A stretch of DNA of 59,038 bases, filler included, from 8 parts of 8 records of this genome joined end to end with filler, not necessarily neighbours in it, one strand, 5' to 3'. Counted from the whole stretch's first letter, positions 12,930-22,996 are shown. Notes: generated by a model not told the origin, from the letters alone. Translations and numbers: made by a program.

Positions 12930-13856
12930 TTACTCCTCGACGATGGCGGAGCGATCTTCTCCGCCCAGGGCTTCCAGCAGCCCGGGAATCAGCCGTGACA
13001 GCTCCAGAGTCATGATGGTGAAAGCTGCATCAAACTTGGCCAGGGCGTCGTCGACATCGACGTCGTCCAATTGCTCTTGCAGGGTTTCACCGAATTTCAG
13101 CCGGCGTATGCCCAGCTCTTCGTCCAGTACAAACGAGACATTGTCGTCCCAGGTCAGGGCCAGCTTGGTCACCTGCATGCCAGCTTCCAGGTGGTTGCGG
13201 ATCTCGTCGGCTTTGAGATCAAGACCTTTACAGCGTACCACGCCGCCATCTTCTGACGGGTCTTTCAGTTCGCATTCGCTGCCCAGGGTAATGTTGGCAG
13301 GGTGATCAATGCTTTCGTTCAGCCAGCCGGTGAAGGTGAAGGCGGGGGATTGCTCAACCGCCGGCGGTCGCACAGGCAGTGATCCCAGGCTCTTGCGCAG
13401 GGTCGAGGCTAGATCTTCGGCCTGTTTCGCAGAGCCGGCATCAACCACCAGCACGCCGTCCTGAGGGGCCAGGTAAGCAAAGCATCGGCGGTTGCGTGAA
13501 AACGCCTGGGGCAGCATTTCCAGCATCACCTGTTCTTTCAGTTCGTCTTTTTCCTTCCGGCGCACCTTTCGGCCCTGCTCCAGCTCAATGGCTTCGGCAC
13601 GCTCTTCCACAGCCTCCTTCACCACCGGCCCGGGCAGGATCTTCTCTTCTTTTCTCAGGGCAATCAGGTGATAACCGTTGGCGCTGTGCACCAGTTGGTC
13701 GCCGTGTTTACCCAGGGGCGGAACCCAGCCCTGGCGGTTGGTTTCCTGAGGGCCGCAGGGTTTGAACGCGTCCGCCTGGAGTTTCTCTTCCAGCGCTTCT
13801 GCGGAAATATCGAAAGGTTTGGTGAAACGGAAAACACGGGCATTACGAAACCACAT
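12930..13856 (-). CDS. rdgC: Recombination-associated protein RdgC
   Basis: MWFRNARVFRF, GWVPP, EEKILP, LRKSLGSLP. Confidence 0.96.
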   Translation of the reverse strand: MWFRNARVFRFTKPFDISAEALEEKLQADAFKPCGPQETNRQGWVPPLGKHGDQLVHSANGYHLIALRKEEKILPGPVVKEAVEERAEAIELEQGRKVRRKEKDELKEQVMLEMLPQAFSRNRRCFAYLAPQDGVLVVDAGSAKQAEDLASTLRKSLGSLPVRPPAVEQSPAFTFTGWLNESIDHPANITLGSECELKDPSEDGGVVRCKGLDLKADEIRNHLEAGMQVTKLALTWDDNVSFVLDEELGIRRLKFGETLQEQLDDVDVDDALAKFDAAFTIMTLELSRLIPGLLEALGGEDRSAIVEE

Positions 13857-13956
13857 GGGTCTGAATCCTTGCGTCAGGTCGGAGCTTGTCGAATCGAAAA
13901 AAGGGGGAGGGATGATACGGCTACCAGGCGGTAGCCGTAAAGTGACGGCAGGCCGG

Positions 13957-14157
13957 TCAGATCTGCATAACCTCCACCAGCACGGTTTTCACGATAAAGC
14001 CGACAACGCCGGCGCCAAGCACGGTAAACAGCGCGATAGTGCCAAATTTGCCGGCCTGGGATTTCTTGGCCAGATCCCAAACGATGAAGCCCATCCAGGC
14101 AATAAGGCCGGTCAGAAACACCAGCATGGCGATCTGGGAAAATACTGCTTCGTTCAT
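13957..14157 (-). CDS. DUF2788-family small membrane protein
   Basis: MGFIVWDLAKKSQAGKFGT between two TM helices. Confidence 0.85.
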   Translation of the reverse strand: MNEAVFSQIAMLVFLTGLIAWMGFIVWDLAKKSQAGKFGTIALFTVLGAGVVGFIVKTVLVEVMQI

Positions 14158-14217
14158 TGCTACTCCGATATCAACAGATGTCTGAAGGTGTTAAACACAG
14201 GCCGGTAAACCGCCTGA

Positions 14218-14988
14218 CTACTGCTCATCCCGCAGGAAAACCCAGTTGTTGTTATCGGATTGGTCTTCGCTGAAATAGTACCCGTCCAGGTTGAAGCCTT
14301 TGAGATCATCAGCCTGGGTGATTCGATTCTGGATGGCGTAACGGCACATCAGCCCACGGGCCTTCTTGGCGTAAAAGCTGATCATCTTGTACTGGCCGTT
14401 TTTCCAGTCCTTGAACTGGGGCGTAACCAGCCGGGCATCCAGGTGTTTCTTCTGCACGCTCTTGAAGTATTCATTGGAGGCCAGATTCACCAGTACCTTG
14501 TCGTCACTGGCTAGGAGCTGGTTCAGGGCATCGGTAATCTTGGTGCCCCAGAACGCGTACAGGTCTTTGCCCCGGGTATTTTCAAACCGGGTGCCCATTT
14601 CCAGTCGGTAGGGCTGCATCAGGTCCAGCGGTTTCAGCAGTCCGTAGAGGCCGGAGAGAATCCGCAGGTGTTTCTGGGCAAAACTGAAATCCTCACTACT
14701 GAAACTCTCGGCATCCAGACCGGTATAGACGTCGCCCTTGAACGCCAGAACGGCCTGCCGGGCATTATCCGGCGTAAACGGTGTGTGCCAGCTCTGGAAG
14801 CGCTCGGCGTTCAGTTGCCCGAGTTTGTCGCTGATGCTCATCAGGTTGCTGACCTGATGTGGTTCCAGCTCCTTGAGCTGGTCAATCAGTTCACAGGCAT
14901 CGTCCAGGAAGTCCGGTTGGGTATGGGTTTCCGTTGCCAGGGGGCTCTCATAATCCAGAGTCTTGGCAGGGGAGATGATCATCAGCAT
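14218..14988 (-). CDS. yaaA: Peroxide stress protein YaaA
   Basis: [20 protein letters not shown]...[23 protein letters not shown]. Confidence 0.97.
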   Translation of the reverse strand: MLMIISPAKTLDYESPLATETHTQPDFLDDACELIDQLKELEPHQVSNLMSISDKLGQLNAERFQSWHTPFTPDNARQAVLAFKGDVYTGLDAESFSSEDFSFAQKHLRILSGLYGLLKPLDLMQPYRLEMGTRFENTRGKDLYAFWGTKITDALNQLLASDDKVLVNLASNEYFKSVQKKHLDARLVTPQFKDWKNGQYKMISFYAKKARGLMCRYAIQNRITQADDLKGFNLDGYYFSEDQSDNNNWVFLRDEQ

Positions 14989-15000
14989 GTCAGAGGATCC

Positions 15001-15234
15001 TCATTGCAGAAACGTGAGTAACTGGTCCCTGGTGAACGGCCAGTCCAGCTCCGCCCCGGTGTCGTTGCGGCGCAGCACCGGGATGCGGGTGCCGTAGCGC
15101 TCCACCAGGGCTTCGGACTGGGCAATGTCCACCACATCCACCGGAATGGGCTCGGGCATCGGGGTGCTGACCAGCAGCGCCTCTGCCAGTTCGCACAAAT
15201 GGCACTGGGTTGTGGTGTAAAAAAGCAGTTCCAT
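15001..15234 (-). CDS. Glutaredoxin-like protein (DUF836 type)
   Basis: CHLC redox motif, YGTRIPVL, LDWPF. Confidence 0.88.
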   Translation of the reverse strand: MELLFYTTTQCHLCELAEALLVSTPMPEPIPVDVVDIAQSEALVERYGTRIPVLRRNDTGAELDWPFTRDQLLTFLQ

Positions 15235-15986
15235 TATTTTTTCGGCTGCGCGTCAATTTGCTGGCCATGAGCGCCTTTGCTGTCCCGGCCCATCAGATAC
15301 AGGTAAACGGGCATCAGCTGCTCCGGGTCCGGGTTTTTCTTCGGATCTTCCGCCGGGTAGGCCAGCACCCGCATGCCTGTGCGAGTCGCGCCCGGGTTCA
15401 GGCTGTTTACCCGGATATTGTGGCGCTCGTCGTCCAGTTCGTCGGCGAGTAACTGGGCCAGGCCCTCAACGGCAAACTTGGAGACGGCGTAGGCGCCCCA
15501 GTATGCCCGTGCCTGCCTGCCAACGCCGGAAGAGGTAAAGATCATGGAGGCGTCATCGGATTTGCGCAGCAGCGGAATCATCGCCCGGCTCAGCAGGAAT
15601 GGCGCTGTGGCATTCACGTGCATGACCTTGTTCCAGGTTTCCGGATCGTACAGCTCAACCGGGCTGCGAGCACCCAGAATGCCGGCATTGTGCAGGAGGC
15701 CATCCAGGCGACCGAAATTGTCTTCCAGGGTCATGGCCAGCTCTTCATAATCCTTGACCGCCGCCCCTTCAAAGTTCATAGGCACGATGGCAGGTTTGGG
15801 GTGGCCAGCGGCTTCAATCTCGTCGTAGACTTCCTCCAGCCGCGAGACCGTGCGCCCAACCAGAATGACGGTGGCGCCATGGGCAGCATAGGCTTTGGCG
15901 GCAGCGCGTCCGATACCACTGCCGGCACCGGTTACCATGACAATGCGGTCTTTCAGAAGATCGGCGGGTGCCTGGTAATCTTGCAT
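15234..15986 (-). CDS. yciK: YciK-family short-chain oxidoreductase
   Basis: TGAGSGIG, HNAG, YAVSK catalytic YxxxK, NPGATRTGMR. Confidence 0.9.
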   Translation of the reverse strand: MQDYQAPADLLKDRIVMVTGAGSGIGRAAAKAYAAHGATVILVGRTVSRLEEVYDEIEAAGHPKPAIVPMNFEGAAVKDYEELAMTLEDNFGRLDGLLHNAGILGARSPVELYDPETWNKVMHVNATAPFLLSRAMIPLLRKSDDASMIFTSSGVGRQARAYWGAYAVSKFAVEGLAQLLADELDDERHNIRVNSLNPGATRTGMRVLAYPAEDPKKNPDPEQLMPVYLYLMGRDSKGAHGQQIDAQPKK

Positions 15987-16049
15987 AACCTGTCTCCGTA
16001 AATCAGGCCGGACCGGGCCTTGGCCAGCCCGGTCGAAAATAATTGGGCG

Positions 16050-16557
16050 CTATTGTAACAGCTTTGTCAGGTCGCTGACGGTATCGGCGATGCGGTCGGC
16101 TTGCCACAGGTCAACGGTCTCCGGTTGCTCTATGTAGCCGTAACGCACCGCGATGGTGTGCATTCCAGCGTTCCGGCCCGCTTCAATGTCCCGTTCATGA
16201 TCACCGACATAAACAGATGTTATCGGTTCCACCTGAATCTGACGGCAGGCCAGCAGCAGTGACTCCGGGTGCGGCTTGCGTTCAGCCACATGGTCCGGGC
16301 AAATCAGGGCGGCACAGCGTTGCGCCAGGCCCAGGGCTTCGATCAGGGGCACTGCGAAGCGTGCGGGCTTGTTGGTGACAATCCCCCAGGGAATGCCCCG
16401 GCTCTCAAGGCTGCTCAGCAACTCGTCCATGCCCGGGAACAGGGTGGTTTCAACGGCCACACCGGTTTCATAGAGATCGAGAAAGGCCGTGTGCTTTTCA
16501 GGATAACCCTCGTGTTCGGGCTCCAGCCCGAATCCCACCCGAATCATCGCCCGGGCG
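16050..16557 (-). CDS. gph: Phosphoglycolate phosphatase-like HAD hydrolase, 5'-truncated
   Basis: GIVTNKP, KPHPE, YVGDHERDI.AG; upstream of yciK. Confidence 0.8.
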
Positions 16558-16659
16558 NNNNNNNNNNNNNNNNNNNNNNNNNNNNNNNNNNNNNNNNNNN
16601 NTTAATTAATTAANNNNNNNNNNNNNNNNNNNNNNNNNNNNNNNNNNNNNNNNNNNNAA

Positions 16660-17364
16660 TATGCCGTCTATAGCGCAGGTGGACGATCAGTACGCCTTAG
16701 CCCAGGCGTGAATATGGAAAGGGTACATGAGATCAACGGCATTATTGTTTCTGGCGGTAACGATATCAACCCGGCTTTATACGGTGAAGAGAATATTGCC
16801 AGCATTGACATCGACGACGAGCGCGATGCTTTCGAAAAAAAATGTATTGAGCTTGCGTATGAGGAAAGATTGCCAATTCTCGGGATTTGCCGAGGTAGTC
16901 AATTAATGAGTGTGATACGCGGCGGCAACTTGTATCAGGATATTCCAACAGTGTTTGAAGGCTTTGTGCCAACGCAGAGCACTTTTGCTAAAATTTTCAC
17001 CCGGCGTAAAATTGAGGTGGAAGCGGGCACCAGACTATCACGTGTGCTAGCGCAGCCTGACAGCATAAGGGTAAACAGTTTGCATCATCAGGCGCATCGC
17101 AACATTGGGAAAGGCTTGCGCGTTGTTGCAAAAGACGAGCAGAATATTGTGCAGGCGATTGAGGGTGTTAGCCCTGATCATTTTGTTTTAGGCGTCCAGT
17201 GGCATCCTGAATATATGCTGTATGCGGCGCGGCAGCGTCGTATTTTTAAAGCCTTGGTAGCGGCAAGTTTGCGCTCCAACAGCAAGATGGTAACACAACA
17301 AAATTATAGGGTTAAGACTCGAAAGAGTATATACGCAAATGTAATGAACAGGCTTGATTCTTAG
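16660..17364 (+). CDS. Peptidase C26 / gamma-glutamyl-gamma-aminobutyrate hydrolase family, 5'-truncated
   Basis: LGICRG nucleophile, VNSLHHQ, GVQWHPE; frame open to the contig edge. Confidence 0.9.
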   Translation, partial: YAVYSAGGRSVRLSPGVNMERVHEINGIIVSGGNDINPALYGEENIASIDIDDERDAFEKKCIELAYEERLPILGICRGSQLMSVIRGGNLYQDIPTVFEGFVPTQSTFAKIFTRRKIEVEAGTRLSRVLAQPDSIRVNSLHHQAHRNIGKGLRVVAKDEQNIVQAIEGVSPDHFVLGVQWHPEYMLYAARQRRIFKALVAASLRSNSKMVTQQNYRVKTRKSIYANVMNRLDS

Positions 17365-17447
17365 ATACAAGATACTGCGAATGCAGGCAGTTCAGGCGGC
17401 GCGCTGCAATGGGTTGCCCCGCTTGCAAAATACAGGAAAGAATAACG

Positions 17448-18161
17448 ATGAAAGTTAAAAAAAATGTTGTTTTAGTAGTCGATGATGAGCCTGCAATTCG
17501 CAAAATGCTCCAGGTCACACTAGAGGCAAATGGGTTGAAATTTGAAGGTGCGGAAAATGGCGGTGAAGCGGTGCGCCTTATTGCATCGTTGAAGCCCGAC
17601 ATTGTGCTTCTTGATCTCGGCTTGCCGGATATGGACGGCAAAGAAGTGATTGAACAAGTGCGCGGCTGGTCGACGGTACCGATTATCGTTTGCTCTGTCC
17701 GGGATAGTGACCAGGAAATGATCAAAGCCTTTGATTTGGGCGCTGATGATTATGTTACGAAACCTTTTAATCCTGATGTATTAATGGCGCGTATCACTGC
17801 CAATTTACGTAAGGCAGCAACCGATGAAGCTGGCGATTCAGAGCTTGAAAACGGACGTATCAAGATGGACCTTGTTCGCCATGAAGTATTTGTCGCTGGT
17901 AATAAAATTGACGCCACGCCAAAAGAATATGACCTTCTACGATATTTTCTAATTCATCGCGGAAAAATGCTGACGCATCGACAAATTTTGCTTGAGGTCT
18001 GGGGGGCAGCGCACGGGGATGATATGCAGTATCTGCGGGTTTACGTTAGTCAGGTTCGCGAAAAAATAGAGCCAAACCCCTCAAGCCCTGATTACATTAT
18101 TACCGAACCGGGAATTGGCTACCGTATGGAAGTGATTGATGATTTTGGCGCTGACGCGTGA
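17448..18161 (+). CDS. KdpE-like OmpR-family response regulator
   Basis: VVDDE, LLDLGLPDMDG, LTHRQIL.EVWG, YLRVYVSQ.R.KIE..P..P.YI.TEPGIGYR (KdpE-type). Start at ATG 17448. Confidence 0.9.
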   Translation: MKVKKNVVLVVDDEPAIRKMLQVTLEANGLKFEGAENGGEAVRLIASLKPDIVLLDLGLPDMDGKEVIEQVRGWSTVPIIVCSVRDSDQEMIKAFDLGADDYVTKPFNPDVLMARITANLRKAATDEAGDSELENGRIKMDLVRHEVFVAGNKIDATPKEYDLLRYFLIHRGKMLTHRQILLEVWGAAHGDDMQYLRVYVSQVREKIEPNPSSPDYIITEPGIGYRMEVIDDFGADA

Positions 18162-18175
18162 TTTGTTGAAGCTTA

Positions 18176-18192
18176 TTTATGTCAATTTTATA
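18176..18192 (+). promoter_or_regulatory. Candidate KdpE-type direct-repeat box
   Basis: TTTATG-N5-TTTATA with 11-bp period, compare E. coli KdpE site TTTATA-N5-TTTACA. Confidence 0.35.
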
Positions 18193-18284
18193 AAGATAGA
18201 TAAGCAGCTAATCGATATCTGACATGCATGCCTTTAAGTTCAGCACAGTTTGTAGAGTGTGAGTTTAACTTAAAGGAGATTGTT

Positions 18285-18461
18285 ATGTTGAGGGCAGCGT
18301 TAATGTTTTTTATTGTTGCTATCATTGCGGGAGTTTTTGGTTTTGGCGGCATTGCTGCTGCATCAGCGGATATCGCTCAATTGTTATTCTTTATCTTTGT
18401 TGCTCTGTTGGCAATCTCGCTTGTGTTTGGATTGATCGACCGGCGTGGCCCGAGGATATAG
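18285..18461 (+). CDS. DUF1328 (UPF0391/YtjA-like) small membrane protein
   Basis: [24 protein letters not shown]...[18 protein letters not shown]. Confidence 0.92.
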   Translation: MLRAALMFFIVAIIAGVFGFGGIAAASADIAQLLFFIFVALLAISLVFGLIDRRGPRI

Positions 18462-18504
18462 CGACAGTACAGTTAGCCAAAAAGTGATTTTTGAGCGCAT
18501 TAAT

Positions 18505-18542
18505 GAGCTCGCCTGTTTTTCTAATGCGGGCGGGCTCTTTCT
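18505..18542 (+). terminator. Probable intrinsic terminator
   Basis: GAGCTCGCCTGT / GCGGGCGGGCTC stem with G-U pairs, followed by TTTCT. Confidence 0.55.
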
Positions 18543-18740
18543 AGTATTGTAACTAATCGTCATTCTGAACTCGGTGAGGCTCGCGAGGGAAGTATCTGCA
18601 AATAAATTGTTTTGATACATGTATGCTCAAAAGGCTGATTTGTGCTGAAGGACCTTAAAGTGAATTTCTCGGGCACTAAAACGCATAAAAATTTAAAAAT
18701 CTGAAATACAACAATAAAATCAAAATGGTTAAATGCATAT

Positions 18741-18776
18741 TCGTCAGGCGCATAACCTGAAGGTCGTAAGTTCAAA
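18741..18776 (+). pseudogene. Degenerate tRNA-fMet (CAT) fragment, likely an att-site relic
   Basis: TCGTCAGGCGCATAACCTGAAGGTCGTAAGTTCAAA has 2 mismatches to the recalled fMet core TCGTCAGGCTCATAACCTGAAGGTCGTAGGTTCAAA; no D-arm 5' part or acceptor stem. Confidence 0.8.
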
Positions 18777-18782
18777 GTACAG

Positions 18783-19160
18783 CTAGGTTTTGGTATCGAG
18801 TTTGTCGAGCATTTCTCTTATTTCCTGGATTTGCTCGGGTGTAGGTTTGGCTTGGCCTAGCGCATGCAACACTAGCGCTTCTGCTGATCCGTCAAAAGCT
18901 GTATCAATGAGACGCGATATAAGGTGCTTGCGCGTCCGCTGAGGCTTGACGACAGCTCGATAAGTGTGTGACTTCGCATCGGCTGAAACTTTTTCAACCA
19001 ATTCTTTGTTCAGCATACGCTGAATCTGTTTAAGCGTAGTTGTGTAGCCCACGTCACGATAGGCCAATATATCAGTATGAATTTCTCGGACAGTCGCGAC
19101 TTTTCTGTCCCACAAAGACTGTAGAATTTCAATTTCAGACTGACTCGGTTTTTTCAACAC
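18783..19160 (-). CDS. BlaI/MecI/CopY family transcriptional repressor
   Basis: PSQSEIEILQSLW...TVREIH...GYTTTLK...LIDTAFDGSAEALV. Confidence 0.93.
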   Translation of the reverse strand: MLKKPSQSEIEILQSLWDRKVATVREIHTDILAYRDVGYTTTLKQIQRMLNKELVEKVSADAKSHTYRAVVKPQRTRKHLISRLIDTAFDGSAEALVLHALGQAKPTPEQIQEIREMLDKLDTKT

Positions 19161-19302
19161 GTCTTACGCTTTCATTCAACAGCATACAGCGTTTATCGCA
19201 GTGATACCGAGTTTAGGTTTCATGGTCAATAAAATGCAGTGCGAGCAAGTAACATGCTTATCGAACGTGAGACTGTAGTTGCAGATGTATCAATAACCTC
19301 TT

Positions 19303-19321
19303 TACTACGGCATATGCCGTA
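19303..19321. promoter_or_regulatory. Candidate operator 1 (TACG-N8-CGTA)
   Basis: Perfect 16-bp palindrome TACGGCATATGCCGTA at 19306-19321 between the divergent blaI and MBL genes. Confidence 0.65.
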
Positions 19322-19353
19322 TGTTATTCGATTGGCCTAAATTGGAGATAAAC

Positions 19354-20826
19354 ATGCAACTCAGATACATCATGCTTCTGTTATTTACGCCCTTTTTGAT
19401 GGCAACTGATTCACACCAAAATGGTCACAAAAAGGAAGCCCTTTCTGACTCATTGGACCATCCGGCGAAATTCTCGGCCTATGGCGGTCAGTCGCTACTG
19501 AATGTAGCATCTATTACAATTGAAACTGACAGGCGACTTGCTTGGCCTGGCCAAAGCCAAACAGCGGGGTTTGTTGAGTTTGGGACCGACCGAATGATAA
19601 AGCACTTTGACTTTGCTGTAGTTGTAGGAAGTGTTGAACGCTGGACGCATCAAAACGGAAACTTTTATCACAACCGATATTTAGCCGATAAAAAGGGTGA
19701 AACAGTCATCGATTATGCCGCGCAAACATATACAGAGAACAAGGCATCTTCGTTTGATAGAGCATTCGTTGGAGACACGCGGAGCTCAGATGTTTTGCTA
19801 GCAAGAGCAATTATCGCTAACCCAGAAAGCGTTAAAAGCGTGTCTGATGGATTTTACGTGGGGCATAAAACAAAAATATTAGAGGTCGAGCTTTTACCCG
19901 AAACACCCTTGCTTCAAGTTTATGTATCGCTGGTTGATGGTTTAATACGACGTGTAAAAATGGTACGCGCCTTTGGTGATGTAAACATTATTTTCGGCTC
20001 TCACCGTTTAGTTGACGGGATCATGCGGGCGACCGAGTCTTGGTTTTTTATCGATGGCAACCTGGTGGAGTACGAACCGAATATTCGGCTGTTCATAAAC
20101 CGCAAACACGATACTCTTTTGCAAGTTGATAAAGGGTTGTTGCATCAACCGGAAATGGTTGACCTATCTCAGATGACCGTTGATGAAATTGGAACAAATC
20201 GCTACCTAGTTGGCCAAGGTGACTATTCTCAATTCATTGAGCATAATGGTGCCTACATTGTCGTTAACGCCTATTCTGGATTGCAGGATCGATACAGGGC
20301 GTTAAATGAATTTCGTGGTCGTACAATTCCCATTTCTCATATCATTGTTACGCATCATCATACCGATCACATGGAAAGTATTTCCGCCGCAGCGGAATTG
20401 GGGGCAAAGCTTGTTATGTCGGCAGAGACAGTCAATGAATTCAGCAAGCCGATTTATAAACCTGTGAATGATAAACCTGTTGATATGATTTCAAACGATA
20501 CCCAGCTAGGCCCCTTAACGCTATATGTTGTTCCCACCAGTCATTCAGTAGAAAATATCTTTGTTTTTGACCGGGTAACTGGCCATCTCTTTCAGGATGA
20601 TCACTATCACGGCCTTCTAAAGCATGGCCCTAGCCGAGTTCAACCAACAGCATATGAACTTCGAGAATTTATTATAGACAGGGCGCTTCCCGTAACAGGA
20701 TTGCTTTCTGGCCATGCGAGAAAGGTAGAACAATGGGAAGTCTTTAATACCGCTGTTGATGAAATTGGCCGCCCTTCAATTTGCCCAATGAAAAGACCAA
20801 TTTGCCTTGATGGTTTTGGTCGCTAA
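19354..20826 (+). CDS. Probably exported MBL-fold metallo-hydrolase with a long N-terminal domain
   Basis: THHHTDH (HxHxDH), HSVE, QDD, SGH ligands; GGAG RBS before ATG 19354; hydrophobic N-terminus. Confidence 0.85.
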   Translation: MQLRYIMLLLFTPFLMATDSHQNGHKKEALSDSLDHPAKFSAYGGQSLLNVASITIETDRRLAWPGQSQTAGFVEFGTDRMIKHFDFAVVVGSVERWTHQNGNFYHNRYLADKKGETVIDYAAQTYTENKASSFDRAFVGDTRSSDVLLARAIIANPESVKSVSDGFYVGHKTKILEVELLPETPLLQVYVSLVDGLIRRVKMVRAFGDVNIIFGSHRLVDGIMRATESWFFIDGNLVEYEPNIRLFINRKHDTLLQVDKGLLHQPEMVDLSQMTVDEIGTNRYLVGQGDYSQFIEHNGAYIVVNAYSGLQDRYRALNEFRGRTIPISHIIVTHHHTDHMESISAAAELGAKLVMSAETVNEFSKPIYKPVNDKPVDMISNDTQLGPLTLYVVPTSHSVENIFVFDRVTGHLFQDDHYHGLLKHGPSRVQPTAYELREFIIDRALPVTGLLSGHARKVEQWEVFNTAVDEIGRPSICPMKRPICLDGFGR

Positions 20827-20893
20827 ACTGCTGGCTTTATGACTTTAGGATAGACGGTCTCTGGCTTTGGGCCTTGCCAAACAAACTTTGTTT

Positions 20894-22960
20894 TTACCAT
20901 AACAATATTCTAGATGACTTCTGGAGGAATAATTGATCCCCTTTTTCAACATCAAAAGCCTCATACCAAGGATCGAAATTTCGAAAAATCCCGTTTATAC
21001 GAAACTCTGCTGGCGGGTGGGACGCGTTCAGCGCTTGATACCTCAGGGTGTCTTCGGTTGCTATTGATCGTGTTTGTTGCGCGGCCCCAAGGAAGAATCT
21101 TTGGCTGCCTGTATATCCATCTAATCTTTGTTCCTTGGAGCCATTAGTATCGGTCAGATAGAGCTCATAAGCACGATATGCAACTGAAGTTCCAACAAGG
21201 TCACCAACAATTTCTCCTATCATCTGTTGAGATCTTAGCGGCGTGTTCTGAAGCGTTTCATATTTAGAAAATTGATCTATTAGACCCTTTATTTTATCAT
21301 CATACCGAGCGCGGGTTTTCTCACTCCACCAATTTCTGAGCGCACCGGTACTATCGAAAGAAGACCCTTGGTCATCAAGTGCATGCCCAAATTCATGCGA
21401 GAGTGTTTGCCCCACTGCACCAAAATTCACACTCATATCAGCTTCGGGATCAAAGAACGGCGCTTCAAGCGCACCTGCTGTGATAAATATTTTGTTGTAC
21501 TGTTGATGATATCCCATTCCGATATCATGAGCGTTCATGTTCCAATCACCATACCGGGAAATTGGCGATCCCACTCTTTCTTTTTGGTAATTCCAAACAA
21601 GTTCTAGTGCCATTCTCCTGTTTTCTATGGGATCGTCGGGTATAGGAGAAAGCTCACCCCAATTTGGGCCGGCCTTTGGAAATCCCACTTCAACAATTAT
21701 GGCATCCAGTTTTTTCAAGGCTTCTTGGCGGGTTGCGTCATCCATCCATGTTGCATGATTTAATTTCTCCCTGAAAGCTGAGCGAATATAAGGCAACATG
21801 GCGCTGACAGCTGCTTCCCTTTCTGGTGGAAACGATCTTTCCACATAAATTTGTCCTAATTGATCCCCGATATAATGCTCCACAAATTCGATGGCTTTCT
21901 CGTCATGACTTTCTAATTCACCAGCACCAAATAGCGTTTGGTCAAAAAACGCATATTTAGCCTGTGGAAACGGGTCTGGGAGTAATTCTGCATGAGAGTT
22001 GATCCAGTGAAAAGCAAGGAAGGAGCGCCAACTATCTACCGGCTGGGAAGCAAATAGTTTGGCGCTGGCCTCAATGGCTCCCACGCCAACATTTAGAGTC
22101 TCGAGTTCTTGTAAGCCCCGAGCATCCATGAAAATACGCCAAGGGAAACCTGGTGCGCGGGCGCTTAGGTCTTCGATCGTCGTCAGGTTGAAGCTTGCAC
22201 CTGCTTCCCTCAAGCGTGCGAAATCCCACATGATCTCTGCAAATGCAGTCTCTAGTAGTAATACGTCTGCAGCGCGCGCGCTGGGGTTTTCAATACCGGC
22301 ACGTGCCAGTGTTTCACGTATATATGCTTTGTATGCAGCGCGATGTTTCGAATAATCCCCGGCATCACTTAAATAATGAGCTTGACTTGGAAGCCCCAGT
22401 CCGGTGGTTCGATATTGGGCGAGGGTTAATACATAGCCGCCTTTCATATCTACAGGTGGCTGGACAATGAGATTGAAGATACTATTAGATCGAATATTAC
22501 CCATCCAATCAGCGACAGCATAATGGTCTTTTAAAGCTAATATCTGGTTTAAATCCGGATTGATCGGGTTGAGCCCTCGACCGTTGATTGTTTCTCTATT
22601 CAAGTAGCTGTCATAGAAAGCTTGCACTGATTGCATAGCAATAGAGCTTTCTTTCTCCGTCGGATTCTCGTCATTTAGAATATTAGCCAACGTTTTATAA
22701 ATGGATCGCTTTTTTACCCAAGGTTCATTGTAAAATGCATAACCTGCAGGCATTGATGTGGTATTTATCCAACCCTCATTTACATAGCTATAAAAATTGT
22801 CGCCCGGGTTAATAGTATCAGAAATATAGTGCACATCGATGCCAGATTTTATCGCTTTCGGTATATTTTCGTCGATAGTTTCTGAGTGATCACTACCAAA
22901 TGCATGCGACATGGTCTGCATGGAAAGAACAACCAGTGCACTAATAAGTAAATGTTTCAT
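20894..22960 (-). CDS. Secreted M13 (neprilysin/PepO-like) metallopeptidase
   Basis: PGDNFY.YVN.GW, HEFGH, GEIVGD (ExxxD), HPP..FRING; signal peptide. Confidence 0.95.
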   Translation of the reverse strand: MKHLLISALVVLSMQTMSHAFGSDHSETIDENIPKAIKSGIDVHYISDTINPGDNFYSYVNEGWINTTSMPAGYAFYNEPWVKKRSIYKTLANILNDENPTEKESSIAMQSVQAFYDSYLNRETINGRGLNPINPDLNQILALKDHYAVADWMGNIRSNSIFNLIVQPPVDMKGGYVLTLAQYRTTGLGLPSQAHYLSDAGDYSKHRAAYKAYIRETLARAGIENPSARAADVLLLETAFAEIMWDFARLREAGASFNLTTIEDLSARAPGFPWRIFMDARGLQELETLNVGVGAIEASAKLFASQPVDSWRSFLAFHWINSHAELLPDPFPQAKYAFFDQTLFGAGELESHDEKAIEFVEHYIGDQLGQIYVERSFPPEREAAVSAMLPYIRSAFREKLNHATWMDDATRQEALKKLDAIIVEVGFPKAGPNWGELSPIPDDPIENRRMALELVWNYQKERVGSPISRYGDWNMNAHDIGMGYHQQYNKIFITAGALEAPFFDPEADMSVNFGAVGQTLSHEFGHALDDQGSSFDSTGALRNWWSEKTRARYDDKIKGLIDQFSKYETLQNTPLRSQQMIGEIVGDLVGTSVAYRAYELYLTDTNGSKEQRLDGYTGSQRFFLGAAQQTRSIATEDTLRYQALNASHPPAEFRINGIFRNFDPWYEAFDVEKGDQLFLQKSSRILLW

Positions 22961-22972
22961 AACCCACCTATT

Positions 22973-22996
22973 TATCTACGTCTCGCGCCGTAGATA
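22973..22996. promoter_or_regulatory. Candidate operator 2 (TACG-N8-CGTA)
   Basis: TATCTACG-TCTCGCGC-CGTAGATA with perfect 8-bp arms, just upstream of the M13 start. Confidence 0.65.

Noticed and set aside
16011-16034. GACCGGGC/GCCCGGTC hairpin between gph and yciK, and the GGGGGGC/GCCCCCC hairpin at 12903-12923
   Set aside because: Single short stems without clear U-tracts; ordinary intergenic structure.
18741-18776. Functional tRNA-Met gene
   Set aside because: No 5' half, no acceptor stem or CCA, and substitutions in conserved positions.
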